From positions 1 through 30,178 of the IMG/VR virus record IMGVR_UViG_3300043772_004868: a stretch of 30,178 bases of DNA; one strand, written 5' to 3'. The notes under the pieces were generated by a model, which saw nothing but the letters and a program-made list of their open reading frames with translations, was not told the origin of the DNA and did no database searches. This stretch comes from a virus. Lineage: Duplodnaviria; Caudoviricetes. This document shows positions 17,635-24,348 of the stretch, one piece after another. The position numbers were made by a program, and so were the translations under genes. The stretch's first letter is position 1, and every line of letters starts with the position of its first letter.

Positions 17635-18434
17635 GCCCGCTCGGTAACGCCCGGCGGCCAGAAGGCGGGGTCGTTCGCCGTGCGGTAGCCGTCGGGCTCG
17701 CCGGCGTCGATCCACGAGCCGACATGCTCCTCGACGTCGAGCAGCCCGTAGTGCCAGAAGCGTTCGAGCAGGAACGTGACCTCGACCTCGCCGCGCGCCG
17801 ACTTCGCCAGTGTCGCGACGACGTCCGCGAGCCGACCCTGCCCGAGTGACATCGGGAAGTCGTAGACGCCGGACAGCGCGAGCCACCGGCGGCCCGCTGG
17901 CGGGCTCGTTCCCGGCTTCTCGATCGGCATCCCGAACGCGCGGCCGACGCCATCGCGCCGGTCGGCCGACACGTCGACGCAGCCATACTTCGCCTCTGCG
18001 TCCGGCACGTCAACTCCGACGACCGACGCGAACCGGGAGTCGAAGGCCGGTTGGCCTCCTGCAGCCCCGACGGGGAACACGTTGTCGCCGAGGATCACGC
18101 GGACGCGGGTCGCGCCGAGTTCCTCGACGAGCGGCAAGGCGACGGCAAGCGCCTGCCCGATGCCGCCGGCCTCCCGCTGGTAGACGTAGGCGAGCCGGAC
18201 GGTCCGCCCCTCGACGACGTACTCGGAGCCGAAGTGCTCGACGACCTCGCCCGCGCTCTTGCCGCCGAGGACGACGACGATCCGCTCGATCCCGGCGAGC
18301 GCGAGCGTTCGGATCGGCCAGTGAAGCATCGGCTGGCCGTTGACGGGCAGAAGGTGCTTGTTGATCGTCCGGGTGAGCGGGAGCAGGCGAGAGCCGGTTC
18401 CCCCGGCAAGAACGACGCCGATCGTGGTGGGCAT
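17631..18434 (-). CDS. rmlA: Glucose-1-phosphate thymidylyltransferase
   Basis: 267 aa from ATG 18434; GVVLAGGTGSRLLPLT..NKHLLPV, ILGDNVF, EKP, SARGEVEVT, WIDAG. Confidence 0.92.
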   Translation of the reverse strand: MPTTIGVVLAGGTGSRLLPLTRTINKHLLPVNGQPMLHWPIRTLALAGIERIVVVLGGKSAGEVVEHFGSEYVVEGRTVRLAYVYQREAGGIGQALAVALPLVEELGATRVRVILGDNVFPVGAAGGQPAFDSRFASVVGVDVPDAEAKYGCVDVSADRRDGVGRAFGMPIEKPGTSPPAGRRWLALSGVYDFPMSLGQGRLADVVATLAKSARGEVEVTFLLERFWHYGLLDVEEHVGSWIDAGEPDGYRTANDPAFWPPGVTERA

Positions 18435-18537
18435 GAACTTTTTTAGCACGGGGCGAAAGAAAGTGCTCGCCGGTAACCGTTACCCGGTTATGATGATGGG
18501 GCGGGAAGGAACCCGCGCCAACAAGGAGAACAAGATG
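18435..18537 (+). promoter_or_regulatory. Cassette leader repeat, copy 4
   Basis: GAACTTTTTT; TAACCG-TTACC-CGGTTA 18474-18490; -10 TATGAT 18489-18494; GCGGG-AAGGAA-CCCGC; GGAGAACAAGATG. Directly abuts the rmlA start codon. Confidence 0.85.
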
Positions 18538-18795
18538 ACCCTGACCGCCGCCAACGCCCACAACCTCCTCCCCGCCCACGACCTCCTCGGCGGCCAGCGG
18601 TACGCCGACACGTTCGTCACGGCGGGCAACGCGGCGTCGGAGGTCGCGCGCCTTCTGGACGGAGCGACCACGCGCGGCGCGCTCCGGTTTCTTGCCGCCG
18701 TCATCATCGGGGCCGGCAACAACGGCCATATCGGCGAGGTCGACGCCTTCGACTGCCTCGATCACGTCTGCGGCCTCCTCGCGGTGCGCGCGTGA
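18535..18795 (+). CDS. Hypothetical protein (cassette 4, gene 1)
   Basis: 86 aa MTLTAANAHNLL..., starts at the repeat ATG. Confidence 0.78.
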   Translation: MTLTAANAHNLLPAHDLLGGQRYADTFVTAGNAASEVARLLDGATTRGALRFLAAVIIGAGNNGHIGEVDAFDCLDHVCGLLAVRA

Positions 18796-19136
18796 CCGCC
18801 CGCGACGCGCTCCGCACCCTGATCTCGCTGACGCCCGGCCTCGGCCAGCGCGAGATCAACGGCGACCTCTCCCGCCTTGGCTTCGAGCCGGCGACCGTGA
18901 AAGACCTCGCCGCGATCGGCGGCTACGTCGAGCCCGTGACCGGCGTGTGGGCGCTGAACGAGGATCGCCGGTCGTGCGACCTCTCGACCCGCATCCGGCG
19001 CGGCCTGCGCCTCGAAGCCCACTCGCACGCCCTCAGCCGGCTCGGCTACGCCGCGTGGCAAGCCAAGCGGAACGCGATGGTCCTCGCGTGGATTCGAGCC
19101 GACCGGCGCGCGGCCTGCGCCCGGATGGCAGCGTGA
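18792..19136 (+). CDS. Hypothetical protein (cassette 4, gene 2)
   Basis: 114 aa, GTGA-coupled to gene 1. Confidence 0.72.
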   Translation: MTARDALRTLISLTPGLGQREINGDLSRLGFEPATVKDLAAIGGYVEPVTGVWALNEDRRSCDLSTRIRRGLRLEAHSHALSRLGYAAWQAKRNAMVLAWIRADRRAACARMAA

Positions 19137-19498
19137 TCCGCGTCCGCTGCGCCGGCTGGGCCGCGTCGTCGTTGGAGATTCACGCCGAGGAGTCGTGGGC
19201 CGAGGACGCCCCCGAGATCGAGGCGGTCTGCGTCGCGTTCCGGCTCGGCGGCAAGAACGCGCTCGCGTTCGACCTCGCCGACGCCGACCTCGTGGTCGAC
19301 GGGCTCTCGACCCTGTCGAACACGGAGGACGAGCGGGCCGAGGACCGTGACCGGAAGCGGCGCGACCCGGAGGGAACCCGGTTCGCCCGGCTCTCGTCCG
19401 ACGGCCTGTCGAAGCTGTCGATCCGCGTGTGCGCCGCCGTCCGCGAGGCTACCGCTTCGGCTGGCCGAGATCGCGCCGGCCGCCCCACCGCCGGCTGA
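19133..19498 (+). CDS. Hypothetical protein (cassette 4, gene 3)
   Basis: 121 aa from GTG 19133 (GTGA overlap), MIRVRCAGWAASSLEIHAEE...; its 3' end overlaps the convergent GT gene by 50 bp. Confidence 0.62.
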   Translation: MIRVRCAGWAASSLEIHAEESWAEDAPEIEAVCVAFRLGGKNALAFDLADADLVVDGLSTLSNTEDERAEDRDRKRRDPEGTRFARLSSDGLSKLSIRVCAAVREATASAGRDRAGRPTAG

Positions 19499-20651
19499 AC
19501 TCGCGCCGTGCGTCGTCGTGAATCTCGCCGACCTGCGACGGGAGCATCCGGCGCTTGATCGTGCCCCCCCGTTGGTGGTTCACCGGCAGGTCGCCCCACA
19601 CGAACGACCTCGCCCCCTCGGCGGCGAGCCGGAGGCACACGTCGGGCTCCTCGCAGTAGAGGAACGACCGATTCCACATCCCGCCGACCTCGCGCCACGC
19701 GGCGCGCTCGGCGAGCATCCAGTAGCCGCCGACCCACTCGACCGGGACGGGGTCGCCGAACCGCTCGACGTTCCGGCCCTCCTCGGTGAACACGGGCGCC
19801 CACGACGGGACGTAGCCGCCGGACGGGCCGACGACCGCCGGGCGCCCGCCCCCGGACGGCTCGGCGGCGAGAGCGAGCGACAGGCCGACGGCGAGCCGGA
19901 TCGCGTCAGCGCCGAACCATGCGTCGGGCTGGGTGAACAGCAGGAACCGGGTGCGGGCCACCCGCGCCCCGACGTTGCACGCCGCGCCGAACCCGTCGTT
20001 CCCGACGACCTGCAACCGCAGGCGCGGGCCGGCCCGGTCGACGCCCCACGCGAGCGCGGCGGGGCCGTCCGGACTGTCCTCGCGGTTCTGGACGACCGAG
20101 AGCCGGGCCGCCGGCCCCAACGCCGCCACGACGTCGAGGGCGCGCTCCGCGGCGGCCTGCTCGGGGACGCCCCACCCGTGGCACGCGAGGACGATCGTCA
20201 CGTCGTCGCACGGCTCGACCGCGGCCGTCGCCCTCGCGACCCTCGCGGCCTCGGCGCAGACCGTCACGCGGCGGCGCACGAGGTCGAGCGCGTCGATCAC
20301 CGTGATCGAGTTGGCCGGCTCGGGGTCGCCCCGGAGCTTCCGCCAGCGGAGGTAGTCGTCGAACGGCGACGGACCCAAGCCGCAGGGCGCCGACTCGTCG
20401 CCGCTCGCGTCGCCCGCCGTCGGGAGTTCCCACGGCATCGGATCGCGCGGCCTCGGGTCGTCCTCCCACCGCTCGCCGACCCGCACGAACCTGAACCGGC
20501 GGGCGAGCGCGTCGACCGTGGTCTGCATCCGGGCCTCGACCTCCCAGCCGCCGTCGATCCAGCGGGCGACCGGCGCCTCCTCCGGCGCCGCGAGGTTGGA
20601 CATCCGAACATCGTCGGGTGCGCCCTCGCGCCGCAGGACGTGGACGATCAT
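19449..20651 (-). CDS. Glycosyltransferase family 2 (WbbL/rhamnosyltransferase-like) with an unknown N-terminal domain
   Basis: 400 aa from ATG 20651 (ATGA overlap). NDGFGAACNVGA, LLFTQPDA, VEWVGGYWML, VGGMW..FLYCEEPDVCLR, VNHQRG. Confidence 0.85.
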   Translation of the reverse strand: MIVHVLRREGAPDDVRMSNLAAPEEAPVARWIDGGWEVEARMQTTVDALARRFRFVRVGERWEDDPRPRDPMPWELPTAGDASGDESAPCGLGPSPFDDYLRWRKLRGDPEPANSITVIDALDLVRRRVTVCAEAARVARATAAVEPCDDVTIVLACHGWGVPEQAAAERALDVVAALGPAARLSVVQNREDSPDGPAALAWGVDRAGPRLRLQVVGNDGFGAACNVGARVARTRFLLFTQPDAWFGADAIRLAVGLSLALAAEPSGGGRPAVVGPSGGYVPSWAPVFTEEGRNVERFGDPVPVEWVGGYWMLAERAAWREVGGMWNRSFLYCEEPDVCLRLAAEGARSFVWGDLPVNHQRGGTIKRRMLPSQVGEIHDDARREFSRRWGGRRDLGQPKR

Positions 20652-21478
20652 TCGGGGTCCAGCGCGAGCCGCGGGTCGCAGCGGGCGAACCGGGTATCGC
20701 CCGGCCCGTTGCCGCCGCCGACAAACCGACGCTCGGCCGGCGACCTGACGACCCGGACGAGCGACGGGTGCGTGTTCCCGAACCGCTGGCGAACGAGTTG
20801 CTCCCGCGTGCGCCACGGGCCGAGCGGTCCGGCATCGAGGCCCGCAACCGGGCCGACGTGGACGATCCGCCCGGCGTTCCACCGCTCGGCGGCAAGTGCG
20901 ACCGCAAGGACGAGGCGCGCGGCCGTCCGCTCGACCCACTCCCGAGACGCGAGGTTGTAGCCGTCGACCCACCCCCACTTCGCCGCGTCGTCAGGGTCGC
21001 AGAATGCGATCCGGCAGACCGTCGCGCAGTGGGCGAGCGCGACGTCCTCGCCTTCGAGCTTCGTCTCGGCGTAGCGGCCCGCGTTGTTCATCCGAAGCCG
21101 CCCGAACGCGAGCACGTCCTGCACCGGCTCGGCCGGCGTCGGGCCGCCCGCGACGACGTAGTCGGTGGACGTCCAGAGCCACGGCACCGACCTGTCGGCG
21201 CAAGCGGTCCCGACGGTCCTCACCGTGTCGATGTTGCCGGCCTTCGCCTTCGCCGGGTTCGAGTCGCAGCCAACCACGTCGGCGTAAGCGGCGAGGCACA
21301 CGACGAGGTCGATCGCGGGTCCGCGCCGCCCTCGGCGAAACTGGCGGCCGACGTCGCCGGGCTCGGCTACGTCGCACTCGGTTCGGGTCGGCGCGGCGAC
21401 GGTGTGCCCGGCCGCGTGCAGCGCGGGAACCAACCGACGCCCGAGCCGGCCTGAGCCACCGAGGACGAGAACGTTCAT
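20648..21478 (-). CDS. rmlD: dTDP-4-dehydrorhamnose reductase-like SDR
   Basis: 276 aa from ATG 21478 (GGAGG RBS); VLGGSGRLG, LAAYADV..C, STDYV, YAETKLEGE. The C-terminal half is divergent. Confidence 0.8.
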   Translation of the reverse strand: MNVLVLGGSGRLGRRLVPALHAAGHTVAAPTRTECDVAEPGDVGRQFRRGRRGPAIDLVVCLAAYADVVGCDSNPAKAKAGNIDTVRTVGTACADRSVPWLWTSTDYVVAGGPTPAEPVQDVLAFGRLRMNNAGRYAETKLEGEDVALAHCATVCRIAFCDPDDAAKWGWVDGYNLASREWVERTAARLVLAVALAAERWNAGRIVHVGPVAGLDAGPLGPWRTREQLVRQRFGNTHPSLVRVVRSPAERRFVGGGNGPGDTRFARCDPRLALDPE

Positions 21479-21503
21479 TGTCACCTCCCCCGCCGGGTAA
21501 CGA

Positions 21504-22100
21504 CTACCGCGTGCCCGTCCGGCGGTAGCCGGCGATCAGCCGACGGATCAACGGCGGCAGGTCGCCGTCGCTCGCCGACGCGGAGCCCTTCGCCGTGTAG
21601 GCGTACTCGCCGACCTTCTCCGACTCGAACCCGCCCTTCGGTAGCTGGTTGAACACCCACGCACCGATCGCGTCCCCGGCGAGGGACAGCGCCCCCGGAA
21701 CGCTGGCGTACCCGGCCTGATACGTCACGACGACCTTCCGCTTCCCCTCGGCGAAGAACGCGCCGTCGCCGGTCAGCACGATCTCGCCGACCTTGTCGCG
21801 CGAGTACCACTCGGTTGCGCCGAGCAGCGTTCCGTCGTTCGTGACGCCGGCAACCGAGCCGGCTACGACCGGGTAGTGCGAGAGCGCCACCCGGTCCTCG
21901 TTGGGCTCGCCGACGTCGACATAGTCCGAATACCACTGTTGCGTGACCGACCCTGAGATCGGATCGAGCCCGAGCAGCGGCAGGAGGATCGAGTCGACCG
22001 AGTCGACCGCGTACCCGATTCGGGCGTCGTGCTGGGTGACGCCGGCAGGGATCGAAAGGTGCGCCTTGACCCGCGCGGAGGTGGTGAACTGGCTTGCCAT
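21504..22100 (-). CDS. Head-tail adaptor (HK97 gp6 / SPP1 gp15-like)
   Basis: 198 aa; TTSARVKAHL, LSHYPV, VVVTYQAGYASVP, SEKVGEYAYT, LPP....LIAGYRR. Confidence 0.88.
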   Translation of the reverse strand: MASQFTTSARVKAHLSIPAGVTQHDARIGYAVDSVDSILLPLLGLDPISGSVTQQWYSDYVDVGEPNEDRVALSHYPVVAGSVAGVTNDGTLLGATEWYSRDKVGEIVLTGDGAFFAEGKRKVVVTYQAGYASVPGALSLAGDAIGAWVFNQLPKGGFESEKVGEYAYTAKGSASASDGDLPPLIRRLIAGYRRTGTR

Positions 22101-22144
22101 GCCCGGAGCGTAGCACGGCGGGCCGCCGCCAGTTGCCTACCCGG

Positions 22145-22672
22145 TCACGCCGCGCGCTTCGGCTCGCGGAACAGGACGACCGGGCCGCCCTCGCCGACCT
22201 TCTCGATCCGACCGTCGGCGGCGAGGGCCGCGAGGCGCGCGTCGACCACGGCCGCGCCGAGCTTCGTCGCGCGGGTCAGGAACAGGGACGTGACGCCGCG
22301 CGGAGCGTCGGAGCCGCGGATCGCAAGCAGGAGCGCGTCGTCGAGCACGGCGTTGGTGCCGTCGGCCTTCGCCGCGTCCTCGACCCGTGCAGCCTCGGCG
22401 TCGAGCAGGGCCTTGAACGCCTCGGTCTGGTCGACCCACCCTCGCCGCCAGAGGAACGTGCGGGTCGTCTCCTCGCGCACGAACGCGACGTGGCGGCGCG
22501 AGCCGTCGGGGAGGATGGCGACGACGGAATCGACGCACTCGTCGTAGCAGGGCACCGCGATCGAATGGGTGTCGTCGGGCGAGACGGTCGGGTGGACGAC
22601 GGCATGGTTCCACGCGGGCGCGGTGGGCCACGACTTCACGATCTCGGCTGCGGACGGCTGGGCTTCGGGCAT
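22145..22672 (-). CDS. Hypothetical protein (possible C-terminal winged helix)
   Basis: 175 aa with GAGG RBS and an upstream TACGCT box; C-terminal VDARLAALAADGRIEKVG is wHTH-like. Confidence 0.65.
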   Translation of the reverse strand: MPEAQPSAAEIVKSWPTAPAWNHAVVHPTVSPDDTHSIAVPCYDECVDSVVAILPDGSRRHVAFVREETTRTFLWRRGWVDQTEAFKALLDAEAARVEDAAKADGTNAVLDDALLLAIRGSDAPRGVTSLFLTRATKLGAAVVDARLAALAADGRIEKVGEGGPVVLFREPKRAA

Positions 22673-22710
22673 GGGACTACCTCTCGCCCGAAGCGTAGCA
22701 CGGCGGCCGG

Positions 22711-23118
22711 CTACCTGTTCAGGTCGTCGTGGTCGGCCGCCACCGCCTGCTCCTTCCTGAACCGCCGGTTGCTCTGGCGGATCAACCTTCGCTCACGTCG
22801 CCGCTGGTCGATCCGGGAAAGCGCCTCGACCGCGGTGACGAGGTCACGCCGGTCGTCCTCGTCGAACCCGTCGACCCACCGACACGCGATGACGCCTCGA
22901 AGGTTCGACAGCGCGCCTGCGACCATGAAGTGCCGCGCCCCGTCCTCCCGCGCGTCGACCTGCTTCCGGGTCTGCTCGGGACGCTCGACGCGCTCGCCGG
23001 CCTTGCGCCGCCGGGCGTCGTGCGGCGTCGTCCGCATCGCGCCGTCGGTCAGCGTCCAGCACGGTTCGCCCTCGCGGGCGCCACAGCGAGGGCAGGGGAA
23101 CTCGATCGGGGTAGCCAT
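22711..23118 (-). CDS. Phage zinc-finger protein
   Basis: 135 aa, FPCPRCGAREGEPC...PHDAR (CxxC..C..H). Confidence 0.7.
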   Translation of the reverse strand: MATPIEFPCPRCGAREGEPCWTLTDGAMRTTPHDARRRKAGERVERPEQTRKQVDAREDGARHFMVAGALSNLRGVIACRWVDGFDEDDRRDLVTAVEALSRIDQRRRERRLIRQSNRRFRKEQAVAADHDDLNR

Positions 23119-23143
23119 GCCGACGGGGTAACGGCCGCCCCGG

Positions 23144-23314
23144 TCAGCAGCCGAACCCGGTGTCCTCGACCGCGGCCTCGTCGCCGAGAAGCTCCTGCGC
23201 CGCGAAACCGGACCACGCGAGCCAGAACCCGAGAGCGTAGACCGTCAGGGCGGCGACCACGAACACGACGACCGGGCCTTCGAAGCGCGGGCGGCGAGGG
23301 ACGAGGTCGAGCAC
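23144..23314 (-). CDS. Small single-pass membrane protein
   Basis: Manual translation, 56 aa, absent from the ORF track: MLDLVPRRPRFEGPVVVFVVAALTVYALGFWLAWSGFAAQELLGDEAAVEDTGFGC. Fills the intergenic gap exactly. Confidence 0.6.
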   Translation of the reverse strand: MLDLVPRRPRFEGPVVVFVVAALTVYALGFWLAWSGFAAQELLGDEAAVEDTGFGC

Positions 23315-23317
23315 GGC

Positions 23318-23842
23318 TCAGCCCCCGCGAACGGCGCGAGCGTAGAGGTCCTGATTCTGCCGCTCGACCTGCGCTGCGATCTCCACGCAACCGAGGGCGG
23401 CGAGGTGGGCGACGAGTTCGGCCTTGCTCACGTTCGCGTAGTGCCCCGGCGTCGGCGTGTCCGCCTCCTGCCCGTGCGGCGGTCGGTCGCCGGTCGCCAC
23501 CGTGATCGCGATCAGCCCGCCGGGCCGCAGGAGCGGAACGCAGGCGGTGAGGGATTCGCGCCAGAACGGATCGTGCTCGAAGCACTCGCACGACACCAGC
23601 GCGTCGAACGGCTCGCCGTCCCAGCCCTTCGCCGGGAACTCGTGGGCGAGCCCGACCCAATCGGCGCCGGGCCGGTCGAACACGTCGACCCCGATCCACT
23701 TGGCGACCGTGCCGGGCGACGCCGACCGAGGCGAGCCGTTGATGTCCTGCGACCCGATTTCGAGGACGCGGATCACGGCCTCGCCGCGGGAGTCGAACCA
23801 GCCGAAGGCGTGGCGAACGAAGTGCAGGGGCTCAGCGTGCAT
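23318..23842 (-). CDS. Class I SAM-dependent methyltransferase
   Basis: 174 aa; VLEIGSQDINGS, WIGVD...GAD, FDALVSCECFEHDP, LRPGG. Confidence 0.88.
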   Translation of the reverse strand: MHAEPLHFVRHAFGWFDSRGEAVIRVLEIGSQDINGSPRSASPGTVAKWIGVDVFDRPGADWVGLAHEFPAKGWDGEPFDALVSCECFEHDPFWRESLTACVPLLRPGGLIAITVATGDRPPHGQEADTPTPGHYANVSKAELVAHLAALGCVEIAAQVERQNQDLYARAVRGG

Positions 23843-23865
23843 CGGCCGAGCGTAGCCCGCCGTCG

Positions 23866-23969
23866 AAACTTTTTTCGTGTTTCTTCACCCGTCACCCTAC
23901 CGCGTAACCGATAGCCGGATAGGTGAATGGGGCGGGGAGGAACAACAAGCCCGCACGGAGAACAAGATG
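23866..23969 (+). promoter_or_regulatory. Cassette leader repeat, copy 5
   Basis: AAACTTTTTTCGTGTTTCTTC; TAACCG-ATAGC-CGGATA 23905-23921; GCGGG-N13-CCCGC; GGAGAACAAGATG. Confidence 0.85.
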
Positions 23970-24284
23970 ACCACCCCGACCTTCGCCGCCCGCCTCGCCG
24001 AGATCAAGATCCAAGTCGCCGCCGTCGTCGCGTTCCGCGCCGCCTTCGCGGTCGGCGACACGGTCGGGATTCGCAACCGCCCCGGCACCTACCGGGTGCT
24101 CGCGATCGGAAGCGACGTCGGTAGCTGGCGCGCCGGTCGCGGGACCAGTGCCACCGCCGCCGACCGCGTCAAGGTGATCCGCCTCCGCGCCGTCCCCGTC
24201 TCGCGCGGCGCGGGCAGCGGGTGGAAGGCCGACGAGGTCGGCAACGAACTGACCTACGCCCGCGTCAACGTCATGCCGGCGTAG
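23967..24284 (+). CDS. Hypothetical protein (cassette 5; possible SH3/KOW-like barrel)
   Basis: 105 aa starting at the repeat ATG; FAVGDTVGI...TYRVLAI pattern. Confidence 0.78.
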   Translation: MTTPTFAARLAEIKIQVAAVVAFRAAFAVGDTVGIRNRPGTYRVLAIGSDVGSWRAGRGTSATAADRVKVIRLRAVPVSRGAGSGWKADEVGNELTYARVNVMPA

Positions 24285-24286
24285 CC

Positions 24287-24328
24287 AAAACGCCGAAGGG
24301 GCTCGACGGTCGCCCGCCGAGCCCCTTC
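24287..24328 (-). terminator. Intrinsic terminator after the capsid/HNH genes (possibly bidirectional)
   Basis: 11-bp inverted repeat GAAGGGGCTCG-N12-CGAGCCCCTTC (24295-24328), followed on the minus strand by GGCGTTTT; lies between convergent genes. Confidence 0.7.
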
Positions 24329-24348
24329 CTTCCGACCGGCCCGAGGGC

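Noticed and set aside
9494-20960. Long Arg/Pro/Gly-rich ORFs (e.g. 9494..11143, 16009..17688, 19347..20960 and alternative minus frames)
   Set aside because: Off-frame or antisense to genes with clear enzyme motifs; composition typical of GC-rich non-coding frames.
3807-23842. The enzyme cluster as a host O-antigen/EPS locus or a chimeric assembly
   Set aside because: The enzymes are interleaved with phage adaptor and head-closure genes, share the same -10 motif and coupling style, and lack flippase, polymerase or export genes. Read-level confirmation was not possible.
12033-23842. The methyltransferases as DNA methyltransferases of a restriction-modification system
   Set aside because: No DPPY/NPPY or PCQ catalytic motifs seen; they look like small-molecule or sugar class I enzymes.
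6736-23969. The five repeats as a CRISPR array, IS/MITE ends or integron attC sites
   Set aside because: They are kilobases apart with no spacer periodicity, terminal inverted repeats, target duplications, transposase or integrase in the window. They precede ORFs like promoters rather than following them like attC sites.
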